From the human T2T-CHM13v2.0 reference genome, Homo sapiens: DNA of 64,000 bases. The position numbers were made by a program, and so were the translations under genes. The notes below the pieces were generated by a model, which worked only from the letters and a program-made list of their open reading frames with translations, was not told the origin of the DNA and made no database searches. Of this stretch, positions 1 through 16,760 are shown piece after piece (positions within the stretch are counted from its first letter, which is position 1; every line of letters starts with the position of its first letter). The stretch lies in assembly GCF_009914755.1 (NCBI RefSeq), contig NC_060930.1; one strand, written 5' to 3'.

Positions 1-305
1 GGTGTAGTGGTTTATGGTGAATCCCAGCACTTTAGAAGGCCAAGCCAGCAGGATTGCTTGAGCCCAGGAGTTCAAGACCAGGCTGGGAAACATAGCTGAG
101 GTCTTGTCTCTACAAAATAAATAAAAAAATAAACCAAATTAAATGGGTGTGGTGGCACACACCTGTGGTCTCAGCTACTCAGGAAATTGAGTTGGGAGGA
201 TCGTGTGAGCCCAGGAGGTCAGGCCTGCAGTGAGCCTTGTTCATGCCATTGTACTCCAGCTTTATCAACAGAGCAAAACCCTGTCTAAAAATTAAAATTA
301 AAATT
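1..305 (+). mobile_element. Alu, old J-type (5' end clipped by window)
   Basis: Dimeric Alu with AluJ-like motifs GGATTGCTTGAGCCCAGGAGTTC and GAGCCCAGGAGGTC, A-rich linker, decayed (TAAAAT)n tail. Confidence 0.92.
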
Positions 306-310
306 GCGAG

Positions 311-700
311 TGCTAGAAATGGTTAAACTTATTGAAGAAGGCATGTGAAGGCTAGGACAGGATTTCGACATGCCTTCCTCAGTCTTCTTTGAGTTTTCAG
401 GCTGAAAGCTAGGCCTCTTGTTTCAAGCAGCAAAGTTGTGAATGCAAAGGAAACAAATATTGAAGGGAATTAAAGCTTAATTCCAGTGAACACACAAGTA
501 ATATAAAAGTGAAGTAGCCTTATTGCTGAAGTGGGGAAAGTTTCAGTAGTCTGGATAGAAGATCAAATCAGCCACAACATTCTGTAAACCAAAGCCTAAT
601 CTTGAACTCTCTTCAATTCAATAAGGCTGAAAGAGGCAAGCAGACTGCAGAAGAAAAGTTTGAAGCTAGCAGAGGTTGGTTCACGAGAGTTAAAGACAGA
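311..700 (+). mobile_element. Tigger1 DNA transposon, part 5' of the L1 insertion (decayed transposase N-terminal region)
   Basis: Translation ...AEEKFEASRGWF.. and DNA GTCTGGATAGAAGATCAAA match Tigger1 transposase; continues at 3688. Confidence 0.9.
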
Positions 701-3678
<2,978 letters not shown>

Positions 3679-3687
3679 AAAGAAAGA

Positions 3688-5272
3688 ATGTATTTTCATA
3701 ACATATAAGTGCAAATGAAGCTTCAACAAGTTATCCAGAAGATCTAGCTAATATAATTAATGAATGTGGCTACACTATACAAAAGATTTCCAATGTAGAC
3801 AAAACAGCCTTATATTGCAAGAATATGCCATCTAAGGCTTTCATAGCTAGACAGAAATCAATGCCTGACCTTAGAGCTTTAAAGGACAGACTGACTCTCT
3901 TGTTAGGGGCTAATGCATATAGTGACATTAAGTTGAAGCCAATGCTAATTTATCAGTTTGAGAATCCTAGTGCCCTTAAGAATTACGCTAAGTCGACTCT
4001 GCCTGCCCCTTATAAATGGAATAACAAAGCCTGAATGATAACACATCTGTTTATAGCATTGTTTACTGATTATTTTAAACCCACTGTTGAGACCTACTGC
4101 TTATAAGATTTCTTTGAAAATATTACTGCTCATTGGCAATGTACTTGGCTACCCAAGAGCTCTGATAACTGTAGATAAATAGATGATAGATAGAAAGATA
4201 GATAACATTGTATATATATATATATATATACAAGAAGATTAATGTTTTCTTGCCTGCTAATACAACATCTATTCTGCAGCCCATGCATCAAGGAGTAATT
4301 TTGACTTTGAAGTTTTATTATTTAAGAAATAGGTTTTTCAAGGCTATGGCTGCCATAGATAGTGATTTATCTGATGAATTCGAGCAAAGTAAATGGAAAA
4401 CATTCTGGAAAGGATACACCATTCTAGATGTCACTAAGAACATCTGTAACTCATGAGAAGAGGTAAAAATATCCACATTAACAGGAGTTTAGAAGAAGTT
4501 GATTCCAACCCTTATAGATGACTGTGAGGCATTCAAGATTTCCATGGAGGAAGTCACTGCAGATGTGGTGGAAATAGCAAGAAAACCGAAATTAGAAATG
4601 GAGCCTGAGGATGTGACTGAATTGCTGAATCTCATGATAAAACTTGAATGGAAAGAAATTGCTTTGTATAGATGAACAACAAAAGTGGTTTCTTGAGATG
4701 AAATCTACTCCTGGGAAAGATGCTGGGAATGATTTGGGAATATCAACAAAGGGTTTAGAATATTCCATAAACTTAGTTGATAAGGCAGTGGCAGAATTTG
4801 AAATAATCAACTTCAATTTTGGAAGAAGTTCTAGTGTGGGTAAAATGCTATCAAACATTGCCGGCTACATAGAAATCTTCTGTAAAAGGAAAAGTAAATA
4901 GATGTGGAAAACTCCATTTTTGTCTTATTTTAGGAAATTGCCACAGACACTCCACACTTCAGTAACCACCACTATGATCAGTCAGTAGCCATCAACATTG
5001 AGGCAATACCCTCCACTGGCAAAAAGATTAAAACTCTTGTAGGTTTAGATGATTGTTAGCATTTCCTAGCAATAAAAGTATTTTTAAATTAAGGAGTATA
5101 CCTTGCTTTTTAGGTATAATGTCAATGCAAACTTAATAGATTATAATATAATGTAAAAATAGCTTTCATATTCACTGGGAAGACAACACATTTTTGTGAT
5201 TCATTTTATTGAAATAATTGCTTAACTGCCATGGTCTGGAACCGACCCTACAATATCTCTGAACTATGCCTG
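3688..5272 (+). mobile_element. Tigger1 DNA transposon, 3' part with right TIR
   Basis: Transposase DDE-domain fragments ([29 protein letters not shown]); ends ...CTATGCCTG followed by TA (5273-5274). Confidence 0.93.
4171..4230. repeat. (GATA)n-like plus (TA)n microsatellite inside Tigger1
   Basis: tagatgatagatagaaagatagata then (TA)10. Confidence 0.85.
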
Positions 5273-7834
5273 TAAATATGTTACAAGCAGATTTGTTTCA
5301 TCCTGTATTCCTTCTTAGTAATCGTACAAATCTTTTAATGTAATGTCTAATGAATGAAAGAAATGTGAAAACATTTTCTCCATATGGTATTGCTACAGAG
5401 CAACTTCTAGGAAGAGATTTGTTCAGTAATAGCACAGATGTTTCCAATCTCTGTTTTCATGAGATGCCAAGATATGTCTGCTGGGAATGAAACTGGGGGT
5501 AATTTGTGTAAATCGTTGTATGTTAAGTGCATTATGTATTAAGTGTTTGTCTATTAGTGCTGGAAAAATAATGTATTTTAAACTTCTGCATCCTGTTGTC
5601 TGCCTCATAGCAAGAAAACTGGATTACCCTAATAAAAGACTAATGAGCAACTTAAATTCTGTGCCACACTTCAACAAGAGGTTTTGCAAGATAAATGTTA
5701 TCTGGCATTTAGTTTTCCCTTAGAAGCAGATAATTTAACTGTTTCTTTTTCCATTAAAGAGTGTATAATACATACTGCTATTGCAGCTTCAAGCAACCAC
5801 TTTATCTGCTATGCTTGCCACATGGGCATTTACATTGTGATATTAGGCTACCAACTTACATTAAATATTAAAATATTCACAGTAATGGTACAATCAAATG
5901 TAAGCTCCTCCACAAATTACTATATCTTTAAGTCCTTAGCAACACATATATTGTGATAGAGCATCGTGAATGCTAGACATGCTTGATCTTTAGGGTAAAC
6001 TAGTGTGTTCACTATTTTCTTAACACTCTTACGCCTGCTCAGTTATTGAACTTGCATCACTAATTATAATAAAATACTCCCTTGGTGTTTTGAGATTATT
6101 ACTTATATGATTCTAATTTAACTATTCACCTTGGCATTCCACTAGCTATATGAAAATAGTTTTTATATAACATGTCCTGCAGCTACTACTCCAGAGATGT
6201 CCCACGCTAATTTTAGATGTCCCATGTAAAATTATTCATTTGTTGCTTTATTTGTTTTCTGTTTGGGTCCATTTCTAGTTTCTAGACTAAATAGATCTGC
6301 CATTTATAATTAAAGTGGCTAGCTTAAATAAATTACATCTTTTTACCTGTGATTTTTAAAAAATTTTAAACAATGTAAGATGCCTTTTTGGAAAAGTCTT
6401 CTCTTTTTCATATTTTTTGTTTGTTAGACCTAATTGTGAATTCATACATCAGATATGGTTTTAATTCATTTGACTTATTTATTAAGTTGTGACTAAAATA
6501 CTACTTAACAAAATACATGTATACCCAGAGTGACCCAGGAAGATGTCATTTCCTCAGAAAATGTGAAAACTATATTGTTTCTCTCTAAACTTTTTTTTCA
6601 CTTTAAGGAAGATGAAAACTTCCAATATTTTGAATAGACAAAATATATTTAACAACAAGATTGCTATTCATATATATTTTTCTTTGATTTTATCCTTCAA
6701 CTTTCCTCTGAGAGTGGGACCAAGATTTGGAATTGATGGATTCCTAAGAACGTCAGAGACCATTTTGACTCCTCTCTGGGTATCTCCTCAGTCTTTCTTG
6801 TCTAAATCAGAAAGTCAGCATTATCTTCACCTGTTCTTCAAATACAAGTGGAGAAGAGAAGTTAACTCTATTTTTAGCATCAAAGGGAAGCTGCTAAGCT
6901 ATCACATTATAGAGATGCGCTATTATTTTATTTTCACCTTACAAATAGCTATGATAATCCACACTCTTTCATGCATTTATTGAATTATGTATATTTAAAT
7001 GATAATTTTATTATTAATTCACTATATCTTATTACTAATTCTGGAAAGCTAATATTTACTCTGTTTTATTTTTATGAAACCATATTTGGAAATACCTTTA
7101 GGAAGCTTGTTTCTGGTTATTCATTTTATTTATGTGTCATTTTTTCTCATTTTCATATGTTATATAACTACTCGAATTCCAGACAAAAAATAGATAATTT
7201 ACACAATATGTTTTTTTAGATATTCCTTCACAATTTGAATTTTCATGTTTAAGTAATACTGTCCGATGTTAAAGTAATTCTTTTGCCCTGTGTATGTCTA
7301 TTTTCCTGCTTCTAAGTATGCACAAATAAATTATTATGAACAAAACTACAGCTCATTCGTCTATTCATTAATACTGTTCTTAAATTAAATATTTCCTTGA
7401 GCAATGATGAGTAACATTTATTGAAGTGTGAACCAAAAAAAAAAAAAAATGAAATACTTCTAATCATGACCTGTTACAAAAATTTTAGTGAAATACTATG
7501 TGATGAATATAAGACAATGACTAGTGATTAAAGTTACCACCTGTACTAGTACCTACAAGTTTCATAAAATTCTAGGCCAAGATGCTTGACCTACAGCAAT
7601 GTTTTTATTTCTGGATTTTATTGTGGTTCTTTTTGTATCCATCAAGAAACATATATTTTTGTTTACAATTTGACATTTCCAAAATTTGAATGTATTTCAT
7701 AATTAATGGTGCCTTAGATGGCAAAATTAAGTAAGAATAATATTAAATGTAAGCACCATTTTTGTGTGTGCTTTTTTTGTATGTCATATAACTTAAAAAG
7801 CATTTCATTTAATAAGAACAACTCTTAGACATAA

Positions 7835-7970
7835 GAACTATTATTATCTCTCTATGCAGTTGTAGAATCTGAGGGTTGGAGCAGTTGAGAAATTAACTCA
7901 AGGATATCCAGTAGGTAAGTGATAGAGCAAGTGATGCTTCAGGACACATTGACTATAGAGTCTGAACTCT
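7835..7970 (-). mobile_element. MIR fragment
   Basis: Degenerate reverse MIR core (attatctc..tgcag..gaatctgagg..actcaaggatatccag..gtaagtgatagagc). Confidence 0.6.
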
Positions 7971-9848
7971 TTCTGTAGAATGATGATTCACACTTAACTA
8001 CAATTCCAGCAGTGACACCTTATATGCAAAAACCAGCTGAAACCTAGCAACACTATATACTCAGAAACATCTTTTTAAAGTTACATAATTGTAACAGAAG
8101 AAAACAGAAGGTGATATCTTCATAATCTTATAGAATAATCTTATAATAAAATATTATAATATTGCTCTAAAATTTTATAATAATAATTTGAAAAACTTGT
8201 TTTTATTTTTTTATTACTTATTATCTGTCTCACCATTCAAGAGCCAATGTAGTGCTAACTGTATCCCTCCCCTTGCTCCTCACTTTCATTCTTTTCCTCC
8301 TCTTTCTGCTTCTTCTTCCTAGTTAATGTGCATAAAGTAAGCTTCATTTTTCTTCCCAGATATGTTCTGCCTTCCCAGCCTAGTTCTTCACCAGATCTAG
8401 TAACCAAATGCAAACTATTTTATGGGACTTAAACCTTCCTCAGCAGTAAGTGGTTAATATGAGAGAGTGAAGCGTTTATGAGCCAATCAATTCCCATAAC
8501 AGTTATTAACAATTCATTCATAGCACTCTGGCTTAATCTTTTATTTTTTCAAGACATTTCTTCATTTTCTCAGGGCAATTGAGCAAAACTGCTGTTTTCA
8601 TGGTTGAGTCTATATCTACAAGATTCAAAACAATCCCTCATTTTAAATTGGACGCTAGACATGCACAAATGATCAGTGCTTCTCACATTTGGTTTAGGGC
8701 TGCTTGAAATCCTTTGGTTTTTATTCCATTGCTTATTAGGGGTTTTAGGTCCAATTTGTATTGAACTATTCTCCAGATAGCTGGAAGGATTTTTGTTTTA
8801 GATAAACAAATGCTGTTCAAAGTTTGCTATAAAAAGTTATAGATATGTATATTTACATGTATTTGTGTTTGAATCAGAATTCAAGAAGTCAATGCTGTGT
8901 GTTTCACTTTTAGGTTTGTTACTAGGATCAGTCTCAGTTCTCAATTTTGATATGTATAGCCAAATAATGATACTCTTATTTTTATAAATATAGCTTACAT
9001 TGTTGTAAACAAAGTGTTATCAGCATGACTACAAATCATTATCTTCTTTGTGGGGGGATCATCAAGAAAGAAAGCAAATAATGTCAAATCTTTTTAAATA
9101 AGCCATTGACAAACTTTCTGGTAAACACAAAAATGCAAAAGTCTTATGCAATTTATTAGTAGAGGGTCCGCTCTATAGGGTATGCTTTTAGCAGGATTTA
9201 TCATGCAACTAACCTGGAAAATATCACAAAAGCTAAACTTTGAAGTATAAAACACAGATGCTTTATGACCAAAATAGCTTCCTTCTGTGTGATGTCTATA
9301 TACATCACTTACAGATTGCATATGCTAATTTTGACTAAAGTATATTCTAATGTGGAAAAAGAGCACAGGGAGCTACTTTGACATTCTAGACCACTTCCTG
9401 CGCCTTGTGATTAAATGCATGATTGAAATTGAAATTATTAGCATAGATTGATACTCAGTAAGACTCCAATTCTTGTGAGTCTGACTTGACCATCTTATTC
9501 ACTGAGGTATCTCAATTTCTAATTCTAATACTCAGCCACAAATAAGGAGTGCATAGATGTGAGACAAATATAAGGGGAGAGTAAGAGGAAAACAAACATA
9601 GCTAATGTAGCTTAAAGGCATGTGCTATATGGAATTTCACTGTGTACATTTATAAAATTCTGAATAGTCAATTGGAAAAGGATAATTGTCTTTACTATGT
9701 TCCTATCATCTGGTTCTCTGTAAACCAATATACACTGGTTCTGTGTAAAACAAAAAAGTTATGCTTTTCTTATAAGTGGACAAGTGAGCTTGCATGTGTC
9801 TGTATACATGTTAGTCAACGTCCATTTTAAAAATGATATTATTTAAAG

Positions 9849-10052
9849 CAGAAGGCGATATTTCCTTAGAAAGGCAAATAGTAAATATTTTCAGCTTTAC
9901 AGGCCATCAGGTCTCTGTCACAAATCTTCTACTCTACTGCTATAATCAAAAACAGCCATTCACAAGATGTAAACACATGGACATGGCTGTATCCCAATGC
10001 AACTTTATTAACAAAGGCAGCTTGACCACAGGCAATAGCTTGCTGATTCCTG
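9849..10052 (+). mobile_element. MER58A (hAT-Charlie MITE)
   Basis: CAG...CCTG termini; internal atagtaaatattttcagcttt..ggccatcaggtctctgtcac matches recalled consensus. Confidence 0.85.
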
Positions 10053-11388
10053 CATAAAGTTTAGCATACTCTTGAAATTTCATTTGTCTAATATTTTAAC
10101 CTCAAACTGTGCCTAATTTTGTGGTAATTATTATTTCACTCAATTTAACACTTGGATTTGAGAACTTCTTTCATATGCTTTGTTTTGGAAAATAAACTTG
10201 ATAATAAATTGGCCCAAAGTATGGGAGTTTAAATTACATTGTGATCCTTCTTTATCTTCTAGACAAATATGTGATTTCTTCAAAATCATATTTGTCATTT
10301 CTTCTTTTAAGTTTTTATTGTTACATCTTAGCTTCATTGGCTAATGCTTTACTGTAGCTGCAAACATGAAACAAGGAACATTTCCTGACTGCTCCTTCAT
10401 TGTTATGGTTTGGAAAAGTGTTGGGAATTGCTGTTGTTTTTTAATGTTGAGCTAGATTGTGTGATGACCAGAATATTTTTTCTCCCTGCTCTACTGTTCT
10501 GCATTATTTTCATGATTATAGCAAAATTGATTGCTAGCTGAAAAGATTGCAATTCCCACTTTGATTTTGTAATAGCCATGTTAATTTTCATGATGCAGGT
10601 TTTTATTCCGACCTTTGATGTGAGTTCAATGTAGATGTATTGGGGAACATTTTCCTATTTTACCTTCTTCAGACTATCTTTGAGCTCCTAAAAACTGGCA
10701 AATTTAAGTTGACATTTTCATAATCGCCTTTCACACACAATGTTCAAACATATCTTCAGATTTACAAGAACGCTATTAGTCATTGCTGCAGTAAGGTTTA
10801 AGAAATTAATTCCAGCACTGAAATAAGTAATTTTAGTAAATTAAAACAATAATTATAAGTAAGTAAATATGAGATATTACAGGGACATAATCATAAAGAT
10901 ACAACTTTCAATGAGATTGAAAAAAATGAGTTGTTTGTAATTTGCCTGTCTTAAGCAGGCTATTAATAGGGAGATTAGTATTGATTATAATTTTAATTAC
11001 TTTTCAGGATGTTTCTCTTTCAATGTAATATATCTAATTTTTCATTATATACTAGACAATTTCAATAGTCCGTACTGGACATATTAGACAATGCCAGGAG
11101 TCCATACGGGATATTATGAACAACTACAGTTGTGCCATCATTCAATATTTTACTTAATCTAACAACTGAGGCAGGTTGCCTAAGGAAAGCTGGTTTAGTC
11201 CATGTTACTGCTACTCTCTTGGTGAAGGTTGAATATTACTTAGATTGTCATTTTGTTTTACCAAGTCTTCTCTGAATGAAACTGAAACTCCAAATTCTGT
11301 GTTTTCTAGGAGAAAATACACATTTTTCTTTTCTTTGGTAATAAAAGAGCTTAATTCTTTTCTCATAGTTATTGAAATTGTGTATATA

Positions 11389-12102
11389 TAGTAGTTTCCC
11401 CTTATCTGTCGTTTTTGCTTTCCCTGATTTCAATGACCTGTGATCAACTGTGGTCCAAAATATTATAGGAAAAATTCCAGAAATTAACAATATGTTTTAA
11501 ATTGCAGGCCATTCTGAGTAGCACGATGAAATCTCACAGTGACCGGCTGCGTCTTGCTCAGGAGGTGAATCATCCTTTGGTCCTGAGTACCTATACTGTA
11601 TATGCCACTCACTCATTAGTCACTTGGTAGCTGACTTCATTATCAAATCGGCTTTTTCAGTATCACACTGCTTGTGTTCAATAACTCTTATTTTATTTAG
11701 TAATGGCCCCAAAGTGCAGTAATAGTGATGCTGGAAATTTGGGTATGCAAAAGAGAAGCCAGAAAGTGCTTTCTTTAAATGAAAAGGTGAAGGTTTTTGA
11801 CTTCATGAGGAAAGAAAAAAAATCATATTCTGAGGTTGCTAAGATCTGTGGTAGGAACAAATCTTCTACCCATGAAATTGTGAAGAAGGAAAAATAAATT
11901 CATGCTAGTTTCTGCTACCTTAAACTGAAAAAGTTATAGCCACAGTGCATGGTAAACACTTAGTTAAGATGAAAAATACATTAAATGTATGGATGGAAAA
12001 CATGAACAGAAACATAAAGGCCATTGAATTTACTACCATCTTTGATTTCAGACAATCACTAGCAGTCTTGGAATATATCTTTTATGGATAACAAGAGACA
12101 GT
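11389..12102 (+). mobile_element. MER44 (B/C type; Tigger7 deletion derivative)
   Basis: TIR-like AGTAGTTTCCCCTTATC after TA; ORF 11703-11897 MAPK..SDAGN..KRS.KVLSLNEKVKV is a Tigger transposase N-terminus. Confidence 0.87.
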
Positions 12103-13107
12103 TTTAAATGAAACTTCTACATCAATAGGTATAATTGGCCACATTATGAACTCCTAACTAGGCTGTTTACCTTTATATATGTGCATATGTATGTGCATAT
12201 ATGTGCATGTGTGTATGTATACATGTATGCACGTTTAAGAGTGGAGCAGGGCAAAACAAAATGCTATATTCAGCAGATATTATTGCATTCAGCATAAACA
12301 CATTTTTCAAATCCATTGAAAGGGATTTTTTTTCAAATCCATTAAAAGGGATAAATTATTTTTCTTTTATTATACATGAAATTTTAAAACTAGTAATTTT
12401 AAACAGTAAAATGCATCTTTTTTCCAGAGGAAAGAAGCTTAAATTATCAGCTGTTGAAAGTTCACAGATCTATTGAATCTCCAGATATGGAAGCCTATTT
12501 GAGAATCTTCAGGCCTACTTTTCATGTTATGCATGTATTGTGTCTTTAATACATTTTTGCTTAATATATTTCTTGCATTTTCTTCAGTGATTAGGAAATC
12601 ACTATTTCTTAAGGAAGCTCACCTCATTTTCTGAGATTTAAAATTTATCTTCTCATAACTTTGACCTATCGATTTTAGTTTTGCCCTGCACAGTTGCCTT
12701 GGTCAAGTTTAATTATTTCTCCACATGACAGCACTTTTATATTTAAAGACAATTAATCGTATACACACTAAGGCAGGGTAATCAAATGGGGGTACTTTAG
12801 TTGTTTCTCCCTGCCATGGTTTGCAATTTTTCTCATTATTATGGTGTCTCTCTTTTGGGTAGACTTCAAGTACTTACTTTATTTCTTAAATTATTAAGTG
12901 AATACCAACAATATAACTAGATCAAGCTCTTGCCACATTCAACCTCCTGTATTAAAAACCATATACATGATTTCCTCTTTGGAAATCAATTAGTAATATG
13001 TACAGATTTTCAGTGACATGCACAGTGACTGGAACTTCTTCAGTAGCATGCATACTTTAAATAAATTGGCTTTATTACAATTAAAGAACAATAATTATAT
13101 AGGCTTA

Positions 13108-13250
13108 TTTTTATTGTGTTAAAATATGCATAACATAAAATTTACCATTGTAACCATGCTAAAGTGCTCAGTTGAGTGATATTAAGTATATATAATCATT
13201 GTGCAATCATCAACAGTATACATTTCCAGAAGTTTTTCATCATTCCTTTC
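13108..13250 (-). mobile_element. L1MB-type 3' end fragment
   Basis: tttattgtg..aaaatatgcataacataaaatttaccatt..ttgtgcaatcatca. Confidence 0.75.
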
Positions 13251-13385
13251 TGTTTCTTTCTTCTTTTGTTTCTGCGATTCATCTTAGCCTTTCACATGAA
13301 AAAAGATATTAACATTTAAAATATTATGAAGACTAAACTGAAAAGAGCAATTTAAGAGCTAGTAGAGAGAAGGAGTTCTTTTATA

Positions 13386-13502
13386 ATTTTATTTTTTGTA
13401 CTTATTCATGGAGTACAAAGTGATGTTTCAATACATATATATTGATTGGATCTGGGTAATTAGCATATCCATAATCTCAAACATTTATCATTTCTTTGTG
13501 TG
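13386..13502 (-). mobile_element. L1MA-type 3' end fragment
   Basis: gtgatgtttcaataca..gggtaattagcatatcc..caaacatttatcatttctttgtg. Confidence 0.75.
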
Positions 13503-13674
13503 AAAGTATGTTCTTCATGAAAAAATTTCTTGAGGAGCAGTGATGAATGTGATTCAAAACACATAGAGAGCAAGTAATGTTGGACAGGAAGAAATATTGT
13601 TTTATTCAGGGATCAATGATAAACTAATCAGGTGGTATTGATAGATTAATCATTTCACAACATTACTGTATAAA

Positions 13675-13810
13675 TTCATGTATTTTTTTTCACCAGCACA
13701 AACTCATTTTCAGGTACATGTCAGGCACTATGCTAGACACATAGGAATATAAATATGATAAAACCTCACAAATCCTAATATCAAAGAATATGTGGTTTTC
13801 CAAGGGATGT
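13675..13810 (-). mobile_element. L2 3' end fragment
   Basis: tgtcaggcactatgctagacac..ggaatataaa reverse L2 tail motif. Confidence 0.55.
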
Positions 13811-15241
13811 ACAAAAATTTAAAAAAATGTACAATGAATGAAGTTTAAAGAATATTTATAGGATATTTAGGCAGAAGTTGAAAAATATTTTAACTGTGGT
13901 TATTTTTGTGGGAATCCAAGGAGGAGATGAATCCAAGCAATGGAGATGCCAGCTCTACATATTACTGTATTTCATATGTATACTGCTTTGCATATTGTTA
14001 TGAGAGATAAGATAGAGACTAGAGTGCTTCTAAAAGAAAAGAGCACATTTAAAATTACTAATTTCCCATACTCCTGGACGATGTTGAGTTATATAATTAA
14101 CCAATAAATAATTGCTATTTTTCCATCTTTGGGTGCATACCCAAATTTAGCAGAATATGGATGAATCCCAGGAAATAATTTTAAGAACTTACATGTTTTC
14201 ATCCTTCTCATGTTTTGTTCTGGTATATTAGGAGGAATGTATTACAGACATGAACTTTCATATGCTGGATCTAGGTATACAAGAACGCAGAGAGTTTTCC
14301 CTGAATATATGACCGTAACCAAAAACACGAATTTGTTCTGTCAATAATAGGAAAATTTGCTTCCTGGTGAGGAGATGGTGGAGGGAGAGTTAAACTAATC
14401 ACCAATTCATAAAATCAGAAATCCATATGACATTAAAAAAAAGATGCTGTGTTTCTTAGGATCTAATTTTATTGAAAGGAACAAAAATAACCGTAGATAG
14501 TAATTCAAAAGAGCAAAATACATCCTCCCATTACAGTCAATGATAAATTAAAATTATAGAGTGTCAATTCAGTTGCATAAATTATTTCAAGGTAATCAGT
14601 ATTTGGTACCAAAGGGAATTTAGGAAAAAGTCTCAGCAGATTTTTGTCTATGATGGCAAAGTAATTAATTCAATTTAGAGGGCATATGCAATATGGAGAC
14701 TTAGGGATTTTTAAGTAGAGGTTTTCTATTTTTCTTTGTTTTGAGTGTGGGGAGGAAGGATAATTTAAGATTGCTAATGCAAAATTATTTTCTTCTCCCA
14801 AATTTTCATTTTGCTCAAGACCATTTACATTGCCTTGCTGAAATTCTTTCCCATGAAAAAGGTGGCAAAATGCATGTGTTTCTTAATGATCAGGTCCCCA
14901 CTGCATGAGTGCTATTTGAGTGTGAGAGAGGCACAACCAGCAGATACTTTTATTGATGCCTATTCAAAGTCAGAGAAATCTATAACCAAGGGGCGAAGTG
15001 GCTAACCTCGAAGGTCCATTCCTGCCATAAAAGTTTATAAATCTATAAATTGGTTCTTGAATGATACTTCCAAAGTTCCCTGTAACAAGAGAAAAGCAGA
15101 CAGAAAGGTGCATCTGAGTGGTTTGCAGAGGAGTATATGCAATGACATGCACCAATAATTCCATTACTTCTTATCTACACAGACCCTAGCACAATTTTCT
15201 GATGGTACATATCTTTACTTTGAATTGTGCTTCTAAAAAAA

Positions 15242-15466
15242 GTATATATGTATATATACATATATACGTGTATATATACACATATGTGTATATACGTATA
15301 TACATATATGTGTATACATATATGTGTATATACATATATGTGTGTATATATACACGTGTATATATAATACACATGTATATATACATATACACATGTGTAT
15401 ATATGTATATATACACATGTATACATATATGTGTATATATGTATGTATATATTTGTGTATATATAT
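15242..15466. repeat. Compound (TA)/(CA)/(TG) alternating purine-pyrimidine tract, about 225 bp
   Basis: Directly visible; produces spurious ORFs on both strands. Confidence 0.95.
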
Positions 15467-16039
15467 GGCATTTAATTCTATATAAATGCATTTAATTCTA
15501 TTAATTTGAGTTCCTTGATCACAATAAGAGCTCAATCTTTTTTTGTTCTGTTTTCCAAATGAATAAAGAAATTTGAATGCTAGTAACTTAATAAACATCA
15601 AAGTCTATTATTCTTAAGCTTCTACTATTCCTGCAATTAGTGTTGGTTACTGCTTCATTCCTACATAGAAACAAAGGTTTTTCTCTTTGTTTACATAAAT
15701 CTCCTTTGGTCATTCATCAACAGTTTTGCGATAGATTCACTATACTTTCCACAGAGGATTGAGCCAGTTTCCCTCAATTTTTGTCAAATTGCCTAAACAT
15801 TCAGGTCTCTCTAAAGTATTCCTATGGCTTGACATTCATTCTATCTCACACCTGAGGAACTGGATTTATTCACAGGAAACTGAAATCAACCTCTCATCCT
15901 CCTTTAATACTGCTTCCAATATAATTTTCCTCATGCATTTATAAACACATCAAAGCCCTCTAAAAGATGCCAATGGCTTCAACTTATTTCTAAATCCAAA
16001 TTAAGTTTATGAACAATAATAAAGGTCCTCTTTAAAGTT

Positions 16040-16378
16040 ATGTTCTTGGCAGCAACATGGATGGAAATGGAGGCCATTATAAGTGAATTAATGCAAGAAC
16101 AGAAAACCAAATACCACATATTCTCACTTATAATTGGGAGCTTAACATTGTGTATACATAAACATAAAGATAGGAACAAGACTACTAGTCTTGGAGACTG
16201 CTAGAGGCAGTAGAGAGGGATGGGGCAAGGGTTGAATAGCTACCTGTTGGGAACTCTGCTTACATCTTGAGTGATGGGATCATTTGTACTCCAAACCTCA
16301 GCACCACACTATATCCCTGTAACTAACCTGCACATGTGTTCCTTGAATGCAAAATAAAATTTGAAATTACGTTTTTAA
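16040..16378 (+). mobile_element. Short L1 3' end (L1PA15/16-like)
   Basis: L1 3' terminus (ccaaacctcagca..aacctgcacatgt..aaaataaaa); TSD AAAGTTATGT at 16034-16043 and 16379-16388. Confidence 0.85.
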
Positions 16379-16517
16379 AAAGTTATGTCTGAAGCACATG
16401 TAGCTGAACAGTTTTAGAATCATTCTAAAAGTCACTTCAGTGAAGTCAACCTACTGCACATACACATTGCATGACCTTACTTTTAAAACTAAAGATTCCA
16501 ATCACAAAGACCGTTAG

Positions 16518-16760
16518 TTCATTTAATTAAGTATTTAATTAACAAATATTTATTTAGGGTTTACTATGTACCAGCACTCTGTTAGAGCTAGGAACACCGC
16601 TACAAATAAGATGTTTATGTTTTCTGTAAATATTTCTCTAGCAGTTTGTTAAATAACACATCTTTTAAAGAATTGTTAAAGTAAAATGAATGCTTTCAAA
16701 AGAAGGGCAAAGTGCTAATGAATCTTAAAAGAGGAAGATCTATCATGGCAAGAGATTTGT
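16518..16760 (-). mobile_element. L2 fragment
   Basis: aacaaatatttatt..tactatgtaccagcactctgttagagctagg. Confidence 0.6.

Noticed and set aside
15175-15601. Four overlapping Y/I/H/T/C-rich ORFs
   Set aside because: Translations of a dinucleotide microsatellite
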